The position numbers and the translations under genes were made by a program. Shown piece after piece: positions 50,535 to 58,852 of a stretch of 64,000 nt of DNA. The notes under the pieces were generated by a model. It saw nothing but the letters and a program-made list of their open reading frames with translations. It was not told where the DNA came from and made no database searches. The DNA lies in IMG/VR virus record IMGVR_UViG_3300030118_001869, positions 1 through 64,000 of that record; one strand, given 5' to 3'. Origin of the DNA: a virus. Every line of letters starts with the position of its first letter. Position 1 is the first letter of the stretch.

Positions 50535-51514
50535 TAAAATAAATCATTTACTGTTATACTTTTACTTTTCTTATTATAATCTATTTGCTTTTTATAGAAG
50601 AAGTCACCTTCTTTTGTAGACTTCATTTCAACTTCAAACCACTTAGTAGCTTCAAGCATATTCTTATCTACATCAAACAAAGGTAACATATCTATCTTTT
50701 TTAGGGAATTATTAAATCTATTTTTGATAAAGTTCTTTATTGTTTCTTTGGGTAGGAAACTTAACTCACCTGTTTCAAAGATCCAGTCAAGTATATCACA
50801 CTCAGCTATATAAGCTTTTTTACATGCAGAGTGTATTAAGTTATGAAACTCTTCATCAAACCACTCAGGGTTTTCTTTTCTGATTATATTTATAATCTCT
50901 GCTCCAAAGTTACCGTGAATGTCCTCTTCTTTGGATGTTGCCTCAACTACATTAGATATACCTTTTAATATACTTCTATCTTTATTAAAAGACATCATAA
51001 TTAAAAACTGGCTAAATAAACTTACATGCTCAATAAATAAAGAAAACAATAGTACAGACTTAGTGTACATCTTATTGTCTCTACTTCTAGAACCATCTAA
51101 GTACTTTTTTAAGTATTTAATTCTACCTGCTATAGCTGGTATCTCAACCACACTTTTAAATTCATCTTCTAGGCCTAATATTCTAATTAGTCTAGCATAG
51201 GCATCTTTATGTCTAACTTCTGATTCAGCAAATGTAAATCCTACATCTCCTATTTCTGTTATAGGCATACGCTTATATAGATCACCCCAAAATGTTTTTA
51301 CATTGACTTCTATCTGTGCTATAGCTAACATAGTCTTCTTGATAACATCACGTTCTTGATTTGTAATATTTACTTTGAAGTCTTGTATGTCTTCTGTAAA
51401 GTTAAACTCTGTATCAATCCAATAAGAGTGTCTTATAGCATCTTTATATGCTAGTAGTTGGGGATATTCATATGGTAATATGTTAGTTCTGGGCATAAAA
51501 ATGTTCTTGTTCAT
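50534..51514 (-). CDS. nrdB: Ribonucleotide reductase beta subunit, class Id-like
   Basis: LAIAQIEVNVKTFW (E69/K73), ESEVRHKDAY (E99/H102/Y106), IEHVSLFSQF, EEDIH, DFF near the C-terminus. Overlaps the nrdA start by 1 nt. Confidence 0.93.
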   Translation of the reverse strand: MNKNIFMPRTNILPYEYPQLLAYKDAIRHSYWIDTEFNFTEDIQDFKVNITNQERDVIKKTMLAIAQIEVNVKTFWGDLYKRMPITEIGDVGFTFAESEVRHKDAYARLIRILGLEDEFKSVVEIPAIAGRIKYLKKYLDGSRSRDNKMYTKSVLLFSLFIEHVSLFSQFLIMMSFNKDRSILKGISNVVEATSKEEDIHGNFGAEIINIIRKENPEWFDEEFHNLIHSACKKAYIAECDILDWIFETGELSFLPKETIKNFIKNRFNNSLKKIDMLPLFDVDKNMLEATKWFEVEMKSTKEGDFFYKKQIDYNKKSKSITVNDLF

Positions 51515-51539
51515 AATTTAAAATTTAAGGGTTGAAGAC

Positions 51540-51574
51540 AAAAAGAAGCATATAGCTAGAATACTATATGCTTC
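51540..51574 (-). terminator. Intrinsic terminator-like hairpin just upstream of nrdB
   Basis: Perfect 11-bp inverted repeat GAAGCATATAG / CTATATGCTTC, followed on the - strand by TTTTT. Confidence 0.6.
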
Positions 51575-51629
51575 AGGACTATTCACTATAATAATCTATA
51601 AAAATAAATTATCCCTTACAAGTTTTTTT

Positions 51630-51824
51630 TTATATTTTCCAATCAACGTACGTAATCTGGATTGTCAAGAATAAAAATCCTAATTCTAAACCATAAAAAG
51701 GTCTGAATTTTTCATCTTCACATTTCACTGTACAGTTGATAGTTTTGAACCCTAACAGGGTTTCATTAGGTAGAACATTAAAGTATACTCCTAATCTATT
51801 TTGATTTTTAGAAATTGTATTCAT
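51630..51824 (-). CDS. Hypothetical protein (64 aa)
   Basis: ORF co-oriented with the nrd genes, hydrophobic C-terminus. Confidence 0.5.
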   Translation of the reverse strand: MNTISKNQNRLGVYFNVLPNETLLGFKTINCTVKCEDEKFRPFYGLELGFLFLTIQITYVDWKI

Positions 51825-51904
51825 ATAAAATTTGGTTTTTGAATATTAAAAATAGGACAGTGTCCGTAAACAAATATAATGTTAATTGTATTAACCACAT
51901 AATT

Positions 51905-51917
51905 TTTGTATATTAAA
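51905..51917 (+). promoter_or_regulatory. Putative promoter motif TTTGTATATTAAA
   Basis: One mismatch to the 13-mer, located at the strand switch at the head of the + strand small-gene/holin/fibre run. Confidence 0.5.
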
Positions 51918-51941
51918 TATATAACCAATAAACGAAGAATT

Positions 51942-52193
51942 ATGTTTAAGAATATTTTAGATGGCATCTGGAACTTCTCTTTAAAAAAAGGGTGGAACTG
52001 GATATGGTCAAAAACGGATATAGATGAAAAGGCAGTAGCTACAGTTAAAGAGATTAAGAAAAGATATAAGCTTACTGCACAAGAATTAGCTGATGTAGCT
52101 GATGCTATTAAAGAAGTAGGAAACCAGATAGGGGATCTTGATGATGCTGTATCAGGTGGCAAACGTAGAGGTAGACCAAAAAAGAATGGCTAG
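51942..52193 (+). CDS. Hypothetical amphipathic/coiled-coil protein with basic tail
   Basis: Probable start MFKNILDGIWNF. Ends KRRGRPKKNG (AT-hook-like RGRP). Confidence 0.6.
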   Translation: MFKNILDGIWNFSLKKGWNWIWSKTDIDEKAVATVKEIKKRYKLTAQELADVADAIKEVGNQIGDLDDAVSGGKRRGRPKKNG

Positions 52194-52320
52194 AGTAATA
52201 CTCAGACCCTACGTTAAGCCTAGTAAAAAGAAAAGACCAGGCATCCATTCTAAGACTAAACAGTCTAATCAGAAAGGAAGCAAACTATATTTTAAAAAGT
52301 ATAGAGGTCAAGGTAGATAA
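52186..52320 (+). CDS. Tiny basic protein (44 aa)
   Basis: MARVILRPYVKPSKKKRPGIHSK...KKYRGQGR. ATG overlaps the end of the upstream gene. Confidence 0.6.
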   Translation: MARVILRPYVKPSKKKRPGIHSKTKQSNQKGSKLYFKKYRGQGR

Positions 52321-52346
52321 ATGTTTAACAATTAAAAATTAGAATC

Positions 52347-52592
52347 ATGGCTGAAAAATTATTTAAAGCTTTAGCTAAAAAAATGGGCAAAGACAAATCT
52401 ATGAGCATCTTACAAAAGATGGCTAATGGAGGAGGCAATATGCCTAAAGACGTAACAGAACTTATGCAAGCTAGAAATGGAATGGGATCAATGATAAACC
52501 CAGAACTAAGTAAGGCAGAAATGGGCACAGAATATGAGTATGGTTACGGAGGTATGGTTAAAAAGAAGAAGAAGTCTAAAAAAAAAAAGTAA
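52347..52592 (+). CDS. Small Met/Gly/Lys-rich protein with repeated cargo-type GG motifs
   Basis: KMANGGG, QARNGMG, SKAEMG, YGYGGMV and a poly-Lys tail. Confidence 0.6.
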   Translation: MAEKLFKALAKKMGKDKSMSILQKMANGGGNMPKDVTELMQARNGMGSMINPELSKAEMGTEYEYGYGGMVKKKKKSKKKK

Positions 52593-52657
52593 AAAATAAA
52601 TATCAGATAGGAGGGCAGCACTCAACTGCAGCCACTTACTCTGGAAAATAATTTACT

Positions 52658-53263
52658 ATGAATATTTTAACTGATATACTTAGTTTAATTAAGCAGGACA
52701 AATACGCAAGTTCCGCAGCAGACAATGATGTTATAGCAATAGGTGTACACGAACCACCAGACATGTTAGGCATAGCATCTCCCGTTCCCTATAAGTCTGT
52801 TAAAGTAATCAAACTCAAGGACTTACAAATACCTGCACAGATTTGTACCTATGTAAATGTTCCTGAGACAATACTTGGCAATACTGCTGGAGTATACAAG
52901 GAGACCGTTACAACAACAAATCCGCAAACTTGCACAGTCAAGTTGCGTAAACTCAAGTCCCTATCAGTTAACACTACAATCCAGGAAAACGGTGATTATA
53001 TTGACATAACCACTACTGGGGAGCCTAACAAGGCCGAGAATCTATCTACTACAACTGGCTTAGGTGTATTTGCACAGAAGAATGGGGAAACGCTACAGTT
53101 TAAGTCTATTAAGGCAGATGGAGCAGGAGGTAAGTTTAGTGCTAACTCAGAGCTTATAGAGTTAGCCTATGCTAAAGATATCAGATTAACGTCACCTAAC
53201 GGTAAAGTTTGGAAGATTAATGTAAGTGATGAAGGTACGTTGTCAGCAGTAGAAGTAACATAA
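52658..53263 (+). CDS. Short fibre/spike-like structural protein
   Basis: N-terminus similar to 55530 and 57706; GVYKE...LRKLKS / GVFAQK...LQFKSI repeats; C-terminal LTSPNGKVWKINVSDEGTLS fibre motif. Confidence 0.6.
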   Translation: MNILTDILSLIKQDKYASSAADNDVIAIGVHEPPDMLGIASPVPYKSVKVIKLKDLQIPAQICTYVNVPETILGNTAGVYKETVTTTNPQTCTVKLRKLKSLSVNTTIQENGDYIDITTTGEPNKAENLSTTTGLGVFAQKNGETLQFKSIKADGAGGKFSANSELIELAYAKDIRLTSPNGKVWKINVSDEGTLSAVEVT

Positions 53264-53274
53264 AATTTAAAGTA

Positions 53275-53475
53275 ATGCCAGCAAAGAAAAAGAAAAAGAG
53301 TACAGTAAACGCATCAGGTAATTACACAAAGCCAACTATGCGTAAAAGATTGTTTAACCAAATCAAAGCCGGTAGCAAAGGTGGTAGACCAGGACAGTGG
53401 TCAGCACGTAAAGCTCAAATGCTAGCTAAAAGATATAAAGCTGCAGGTGGAGGTTATAGAGGAAAAAAGAAATAA
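53275..53475 (+). CDS. Small basic protein
   Basis: NYTKPTMRKRLF..IKAGSKGG.PGQWSARKAQ.LA..YKAAGGGY, a motif I recognise from aquatic phages. Function unknown. Confidence 0.7.
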   Translation: MPAKKKKKSTVNASGNYTKPTMRKRLFNQIKAGSKGGRPGQWSARKAQMLAKRYKAAGGGYRGKKK

Positions 53476-53942
53476 TGTCAAAACCTAAGAAAAAATTTAA
53501 GGATACTAAAGTAGGCCAGTTTCTTACAGATAAAGTACCAGGTATACTTGGTGTAGTAGGAGATGTTTTGCCTGACGCAGGTGTATTAGGTGTAGTAAAA
53601 GGATTAATTGAAAAAGAAGATCCTGTAGTACTACCACCAGAGGATAAAGAGAAAGCAATGAAGCTGCTTGAACTTGATATGATAGAGATGCAAGAAATTA
53701 GTAAAAGATGGGATAGTGATATGAAGTCAGATTCCTGGCTCAGTAAGAATACTAGACCTATGAGTCTAATTTTTTTGACATTATCTATGGTTTTATTAAT
53801 TTTACTAGATAGCTTTGAGTGGAGCTTCAATGTATCAACCGGTTGGGTAGATCTTTTGCAGACACTTTTAGTTACAGTCTATGTAGCTTATTTTGGTTCA
53901 AGAGGGGCAGAGAAGTTTCAATCAATAACTAAAAATAAATAA
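53475..53942 (+). CDS. Holin (GTA-type 3TM holin-like)
   Basis: RWDSDMKSDSWLSKNTRP followed by two TM segments and YFGSRGAEK. Confidence 0.75.
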   Translation: MSKPKKKFKDTKVGQFLTDKVPGILGVVGDVLPDAGVLGVVKGLIEKEDPVVLPPEDKEKAMKLLELDMIEMQEISKRWDSDMKSDSWLSKNTRPMSLIFLTLSMVLLILLDSFEWSFNVSTGWVDLLQTLLVTVYVAYFGSRGAEKFQSITKNK

Positions 53943-53944
53943 AA

Positions 53945-54169
53945 TTGAATATATCTAAAGAAGTATATAAGTATTTAAAAACCAAAGCTGAGGCTGATAA
54001 GGCTAAGGCTCTTTTAAGTTTAGAACTACTAGGTAATAATGCAGTTGGTATTGGAGATCACTCTACTGGTGATTTCTATAAGAATGTAGATGAAGCATTT
54101 GAAGGACTGTGTGATGCACTTGATAGATTAGACGTATTAGATAAAAATTTTGAAGTAGAATGGGACTAA
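53945..54169 (+). CDS. Hypothetical acidic helical protein
   Basis: ORF with TTG start containing AVGIGDHS, tightly packed between its neighbours. Confidence 0.55.
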   Translation: MNISKEVYKYLKTKAEADKAKALLSLELLGNNAVGIGDHSTGDFYKNVDEAFEGLCDALDRLDVLDKNFEVEWD

Positions 54170-54402
54170 CAAAAAGACAAAAGAGTCTTAAGAGATGGAC
54201 AAAACAGAAGTGGAGAACACCTTCAGGGAAAAAAAGTTCAGAGACTGGAGAAGTTTATGCTCCGTCAAGAACAATAAAGAAACTTAAGTCTACTAAAAAG
54301 GGTAGAGCTAAGTTAGCAGCTGCTAATAAAAAGAAAAGGGCTGCAACTAAGAAAGGTAAACAACACGCAAGACATGGATTGCACAAAGGTAAAAAAAGAT
54401 AA
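54160..54402 (+). CDS. Small basic protein
   Basis: QKSLKRWTKQKWRT.SGK.S..TGE.Y.P motif; very Lys/Arg-rich. Confidence 0.7.
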   Translation: MGLTKRQKSLKRWTKQKWRTPSGKKSSETGEVYAPSRTIKKLKSTKKGRAKLAAANKKKRAATKKGKQHARHGLHKGKKR

Positions 54403-54404
54403 CT

Positions 54405-54680
54405 ATGGCAAAGCATAAAAAACAACAAGCAGCAATTGCAATAAGTATGAAAAAGAAAGGTAAGAAGCCTAAAGGAGCAAAGCCTATGGCTAAGTCACTT
54501 GTAAAGAAGAAAGCTGGTGGTTCAGTTTCTTCTAAAGGTGTCAAAGCTCCAGCAGGTTTTCACTGGATGAAAGCAGGATCAGGATTTAAGTTAATGAAGA
54601 ATCCACCAAGTGGATATAAAAAACATCCTGGCTCATCACTTGTTGCTAAGTTTAAGATACAAAAGGTACATAAGAAGTAA
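54405..54680 (+). CDS. Small basic protein
   Basis: QQAAIAISMKKKGKKPK ... KKKAGG ... VKAPAGFHWMK. Confidence 0.65.
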   Translation: MAKHKKQQAAIAISMKKKGKKPKGAKPMAKSLVKKKAGGSVSSKGVKAPAGFHWMKAGSGFKLMKNPPSGYKKHPGSSLVAKFKIQKVHKK

Positions 54681-54991
54681 TGCCTAGAAAGAAAAAAGAC
54701 CCTAAAGTAGGGACTGGTAAAAAACCAAAAGGTAGTGGTAGAAGGCTATATACAGATGAGAATCCTAAAGATACCGTACGTATAAAGTTTGCTACACCTG
54801 CAGATGCTAGAGCAACTGTAGCTAAGGTTAAAAAAATAAATAAACCTTTTGCTAGAAAGATACAGATATTAACTGTAGGGGAACAAAGAGCAAAGGTTAT
54901 GAAAAAGACACAAGTTGCTTCAATATTTAAAAAAGGTAAAGAAGCTATAAGAAAGAAACATGGCAAAAAAAAGAGATCCAAGACTAGCTAG
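54680..54991 (+). CDS. Small basic protein
   Basis: KDPKVGTGKKPKGSGRRLYTDENPKDTV.IKFAT. TAATG-coupled to the upstream gene. Confidence 0.7.
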   Translation: MPRKKKDPKVGTGKKPKGSGRRLYTDENPKDTVRIKFATPADARATVAKVKKINKPFARKIQILTVGEQRAKVMKKTQVASIFKKGKEAIRKKHGKKKRSKTS

Positions 54992-55250
54992 AGCAGGAGT
55001 ATCAGGTTTTAATAAACCTAAAAGAACTCCTAACCATCCTAAGAAATCACATATTGTGGTAGCTAAGGAAGGTAATAAGATTAAAACCATACGCTTTGGT
55101 CAGCAAGGAGCAAAGACAGCAGGTAAACCTAAAGCAGGTGAGTCAAGTAGAATGACTAAAAAGAGAAAGTCTTTCAAAGCTAGACACGCTAAAAATATTG
55201 CTAAGGGTAAAATGTCTGCTGCTTATTGGGCTAATAGAGTAAAATGGTAA
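54960..55250 (+). CDS. Small basic protein
   Basis: KSHIVVAKEG..IKTIRFGQQG...RKSFKARH...SAAYWA...W. Confidence 0.7.
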   Translation: MAKKRDPRLARAGVSGFNKPKRTPNHPKKSHIVVAKEGNKIKTIRFGQQGAKTAGKPKAGESSRMTKKRKSFKARHAKNIAKGKMSAAYWANRVKW

Positions 55251-55254
55251 AGAT

Positions 55255-55527
55255 ATGTGGGAGTTATTCAAAGATCATAATGACATTAATGAGAAATCCA
55301 TTATTGGGTTTATCTCATTCTTTGTTATGGTGGTTTTTGCATGCGCAGATCTTCTAACAGGATACTTTGGAAAAGATTTAGTGATAAATGAGTTTATATA
55401 CAATTCATTTGTATGGGTAACATTAGGTTGCTTTGGAATTGCAGAGGTAGGTGCAGTACTAAATGGTAAAAAGAAAAATCCTCCAAAGAAAGAGGATGCA
55501 GATATTAATATAAATATAAGTAAGTAA
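55255..55527 (+). CDS. Two-TM membrane protein (possible second holin or antiholin)
   Basis: Two hydrophobic helices and a basic C-terminal tail. Confidence 0.55.
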   Translation: MWELFKDHNDINEKSIIGFISFFVMVVFACADLLTGYFGKDLVINEFIYNSFVWVTLGCFGIAEVGAVLNGKKKNPPKKEDADININISK

Positions 55528-55529
55528 TA

Positions 55530-57686
55530 ATGAATTTATTTCAGGAACTAACTAGTATGTTTTCAAGGAACCAGTTTGTGGTCAAGCCTCCTAAAGGCAC
55601 TGACTACTTTCCTTTGGGTATACATAAAGGTAATAGAAGGGGTTCTATAACAAAATACCCGGAAGTAAAGTTAGTTACTCTTAAAGAGGTTGCAGACTAT
55701 ATAGCAACTGTCAATGATCAGAGACTTGATGAAGTACTAATTGTAGGTAATTATACTGGTGGTAGAGATATATTTGTTACTGCAGGTGACAGTGTTAGAT
55801 TTACATCTACTTCTAAAATTACTATGGGAGATGATACTAATGATAATATTAATGACTCAAAGTTTGATATATTTCACAATGGTACTAATGCTGTAATCAA
55901 CAATAAAAAAGGTAAACTTGCTTTAATTAATGAAGAAGAAGATGCTATAATGCCTTTTCAACTAAATGAAGGCTCTGGAGTTACAACATACTTTGAAGCA
56001 GATCCTAGTGGAGCTGCTAGGTTAGTTAGATATTATAAAGATATATTACTTAAAGATAATGTATTACTAAATGCAGGTGATGGAAAAGACTTTAGGTTTT
56101 ATCATACTGGTTCACATTCTTATTTAGAAGTAGGCCCTAGTGCACCAGGTAATCTATATATTAGAAATAGAAATGAAACTGGTGATATTTTATTTGCTGC
56201 AGACACGGATGGAATGGGTACTACAGATACCTACTTTATGATAGATTCTTCTGCACTACAAACTCAATTTTTTTATAATGTAGAGCTTCAAGATCATGTA
56301 AGACTTGGTTTAGGAGACACAATGGATATGTCTTTGTATCACACAGGAAGTCAAGCTTACATAAGTAATACTACAGGTATACTAGATATCAAAAGTACAA
56401 ATGGTAATCTGCAACTTTCTTCTGGAACACAAATAGATATTGGTAATAACTCCGGTGTTCTATATACATTACCGCTTGCAGATGGTACTGCAGGTCAAAG
56501 TGTAATAACTGATGGCTCAGGTGCATTATCTTTTGGTAATGCTGGTCTTGCTAACGGAGTTGTAGTTAATGACTCAAATGCAAACACAGACTTTCCAGTT
56601 GTATTCCATGATGAAAATAATAATTTATTAGATGATACGGGAACATTTACATATAGTCCTGGTAATAGTAGATTAAAAATAGATGCATTAACAATAGATA
56701 GCACAAAACTATCAGGAGTAAACATAGTTATAAACTCAGATCTATTAAGATTAGGTGAAGAAGGTACTAGTAAAAATTATTTGCAAGGTAGTGCAGGCGG
56801 TCCAGTTATAATATCTTATGATGGTGATAATAGATTCTCTACACAACCAGATGGTATTAAATCTATAGGTGTAGTAAAAGTAGCTAATACAAGCAATCAA
56901 TTACAATTTACAATACCAGCAGCTCAAGGTACCGCAGGTCAGGTTCTAAAGTATCCTTCTTCTGGATCCACATTAGAATGGGGTAGTGTAGGAAACCAAA
57001 ATCTATATGAAACAATTGCAATTCAAAATGCTAATGGTACTACTAATATACCAGCAACTACTACAACAGATACATTTACTATTAAAGAAGGAGCAGGTAT
57101 AATACTTGATGAAGATGCAAGTAATCAACTAGTAGCTATTAAGCAATCTTCTGAAAGTCTACATACTAAAGGTAGTTGGCTTCCAACACTTAATGCAAGA
57201 ATTGGTGTAACCCAACAAGCAGGATTTGAGGTAACTAATTATGCTATACAACAAGGTAGATGGCATAGACATGGTAACTTAGTAACTGCAATGTTCAAAC
57301 TTAGAATAAATACTGATCAAATAACTCTATCTAGTAATACTAAGGGTGTATTATACATAGAAACTTTTCCATATGATTTGGCATCAGGTAATGCTTTTCA
57401 TAGTGTTGCAATGCAAAGAGTTGAAGGTTTGCTACCCCTTTCTTCTGGAAGTGGTCATGGTCAATGGATGCTAACCAGTGTATTTGGGACACACTTTAAT
57501 AGTGATGGTGCAATAGAAATTAGAAGATTAAATTATAATAATAATACTATTCCAGGTATTACAGAGTTAATGCTAGAAGAAGATATTCCTACAGGCTCTA
57601 GTGTCTACAGTATCTATTTAGAAGGTGTTATTACATATGAAACAAACGATGCAACTATACATAGTACTGCGTCAGTAGATAGTTAA
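55530..57686 (+). CDS. Fibre/spike protein (718 aa)
   Basis: Repeats GDxxDxxxYHTGSxxY and (Y/F)TxPxAxGTAGQ; C-terminal GSW.PTL...GRW.R.GNLV receptor-tip-like domain. Confidence 0.75.
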   Translation: MNLFQELTSMFSRNQFVVKPPKGTDYFPLGIHKGNRRGSITKYPEVKLVTLKEVADYIATVNDQRLDEVLIVGNYTGGRDIFVTAGDSVRFTSTSKITMGDDTNDNINDSKFDIFHNGTNAVINNKKGKLALINEEEDAIMPFQLNEGSGVTTYFEADPSGAARLVRYYKDILLKDNVLLNAGDGKDFRFYHTGSHSYLEVGPSAPGNLYIRNRNETGDILFAADTDGMGTTDTYFMIDSSALQTQFFYNVELQDHVRLGLGDTMDMSLYHTGSQAYISNTTGILDIKSTNGNLQLSSGTQIDIGNNSGVLYTLPLADGTAGQSVITDGSGALSFGNAGLANGVVVNDSNANTDFPVVFHDENNNLLDDTGTFTYSPGNSRLKIDALTIDSTKLSGVNIVINSDLLRLGEEGTSKNYLQGSAGGPVIISYDGDNRFSTQPDGIKSIGVVKVANTSNQLQFTIPAAQGTAGQVLKYPSSGSTLEWGSVGNQNLYETIAIQNANGTTNIPATTTTDTFTIKEGAGIILDEDASNQLVAIKQSSESLHTKGSWLPTLNARIGVTQQAGFEVTNYAIQQGRWHRHGNLVTAMFKLRINTDQITLSSNTKGVLYIETFPYDLASGNAFHSVAMQRVEGLLPLSSGSGHGQWMLTSVFGTHFNSDGAIEIRRLNYNNNTIPGITELMLEEDIPTGSSVYSIYLEGVITYETNDATIHSTASVDS

Positions 57687-57705
57687 ACTTAAAAATTATA
57701 AAACA

Positions 57706-58713
57706 ATGAATATATTTCAAGACTTAGCAAGCATGTTTAACAAGAATCAATTTGTTATAGGCGGTGTGCCTAAAGCAAAGGATTACATTCCTATTGGTAT
57801 AGATAAGGGTAATAGACCTGGTACACCAGTACATAATCCAGAAGCCAAGCTAGTTACTGTTAGTAACTTGGCCAGTGCTGTAGCAAATGTTCTTGAGACA
57901 GCCTCAGATTTTAATAGACTTAGAGTATTAAATTCTTCAGAGGCACAATTTAACCCAGTAGAAAATACATCTTTAGTTACATTTGCGAAGAGAAGCAATG
58001 ACAATGGATTATCAATAGCATTTAACGAGAAGGTTCAGTTCCACGGTTCTCAAGCGAGTGGCACAAACCAATACGGTAGAATGCTTGGATTAGAGATTGA
58101 AACTGCATACACTGGTGGATTCCCACAACTTGTTGCACAACAGGTTAAGAGTGAGTTCAAGGGAACTGGCAATGCCTACTTCGTTATAGGGCAGATCAAT
58201 ATTGCAGAGATGGATGGTGCTAATAATAAACAAGTAAATAGTGTATATGGTCACAGTAATCAAGTGAGACTCAAGGGATCAGGTACAGATACAACTGAGT
58301 TTGTTATTGCTCACCACAATACAATTGATGTAGACAATGCAACACAAGATATCAATAATATCTATTCAGGATACTATGAAATGGATATCAATGCAGGTGC
58401 TACAATAAATGATGCATACCAGATATACCTTAACTACAAGAAGTCATCAGAGACATTAGTAAATTATAAAGGTCTATATCATAAGTATGATGGATCTGCA
58501 ACAGGAACTGCACAGTTTATACATAATGAAGCAGACTTGCCTCTAGATACTGCAGGAGCTGTTAATGCTAAAGAGTTTAATCTTAATGCACTTAACGCAG
58601 GCCCAGCAGCTAATGCTACAGGAACTCCTGGACAGATCAGAATAGATGCTGATTATATCTATGTATGTGTTTCAGATAACACTTGGAAAAGAGCCGCATT
58701 ATCAACCTTTTAA
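57706..58713 (+). CDS. Fibre/spike protein (335 aa)
   Basis: N-terminus paralogous to 55530; beta-rich middle; C-terminal GTPGQIRIDADYIYVCV..NTWKRAALSTF fibre motif. Confidence 0.7.
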   Translation: MNIFQDLASMFNKNQFVIGGVPKAKDYIPIGIDKGNRPGTPVHNPEAKLVTVSNLASAVANVLETASDFNRLRVLNSSEAQFNPVENTSLVTFAKRSNDNGLSIAFNEKVQFHGSQASGTNQYGRMLGLEIETAYTGGFPQLVAQQVKSEFKGTGNAYFVIGQINIAEMDGANNKQVNSVYGHSNQVRLKGSGTDTTEFVIAHHNTIDVDNATQDINNIYSGYYEMDINAGATINDAYQIYLNYKKSSETLVNYKGLYHKYDGSATGTAQFIHNEADLPLDTAGAVNAKEFNLNALNAGPAANATGTPGQIRIDADYIYVCVSDNTWKRAALSTF

Positions 58714-58821
58714 TTAAATAGACATGAACAATAGATTATCAAGAAAAGATGGAGAGCCAGCACCGGTACCTCCATTATGGGATTAGAGTAGTTAAATTTA
58801 AGGAATAACTATACTACTCTA

Positions 58822-58852
58822 AAGAAGAAGGGCCCTAACCGGCCCTTTTTTT
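58822..58852. terminator. Bidirectional intrinsic terminator at the convergence of + and - blocks
   Basis: AAGGGCC-CTAACC-GGCCCTT with a T-tract on the right and an A-rich tract on the left. Confidence 0.75.

Noticed and set aside
52578-52589. Poly-A run as a phase-variation or frameshift site
   Set aside because: It encodes the terminal poly-Lys just before the stop codon, so slippage would change only the last few residues.
58724-58783. Tiny ORF MNNRLSRKDGEPAPVPPLWD after the last fibre gene
   Set aside because: Only about 20 codons with no independent support. It could be a remnant, but cannot be called.
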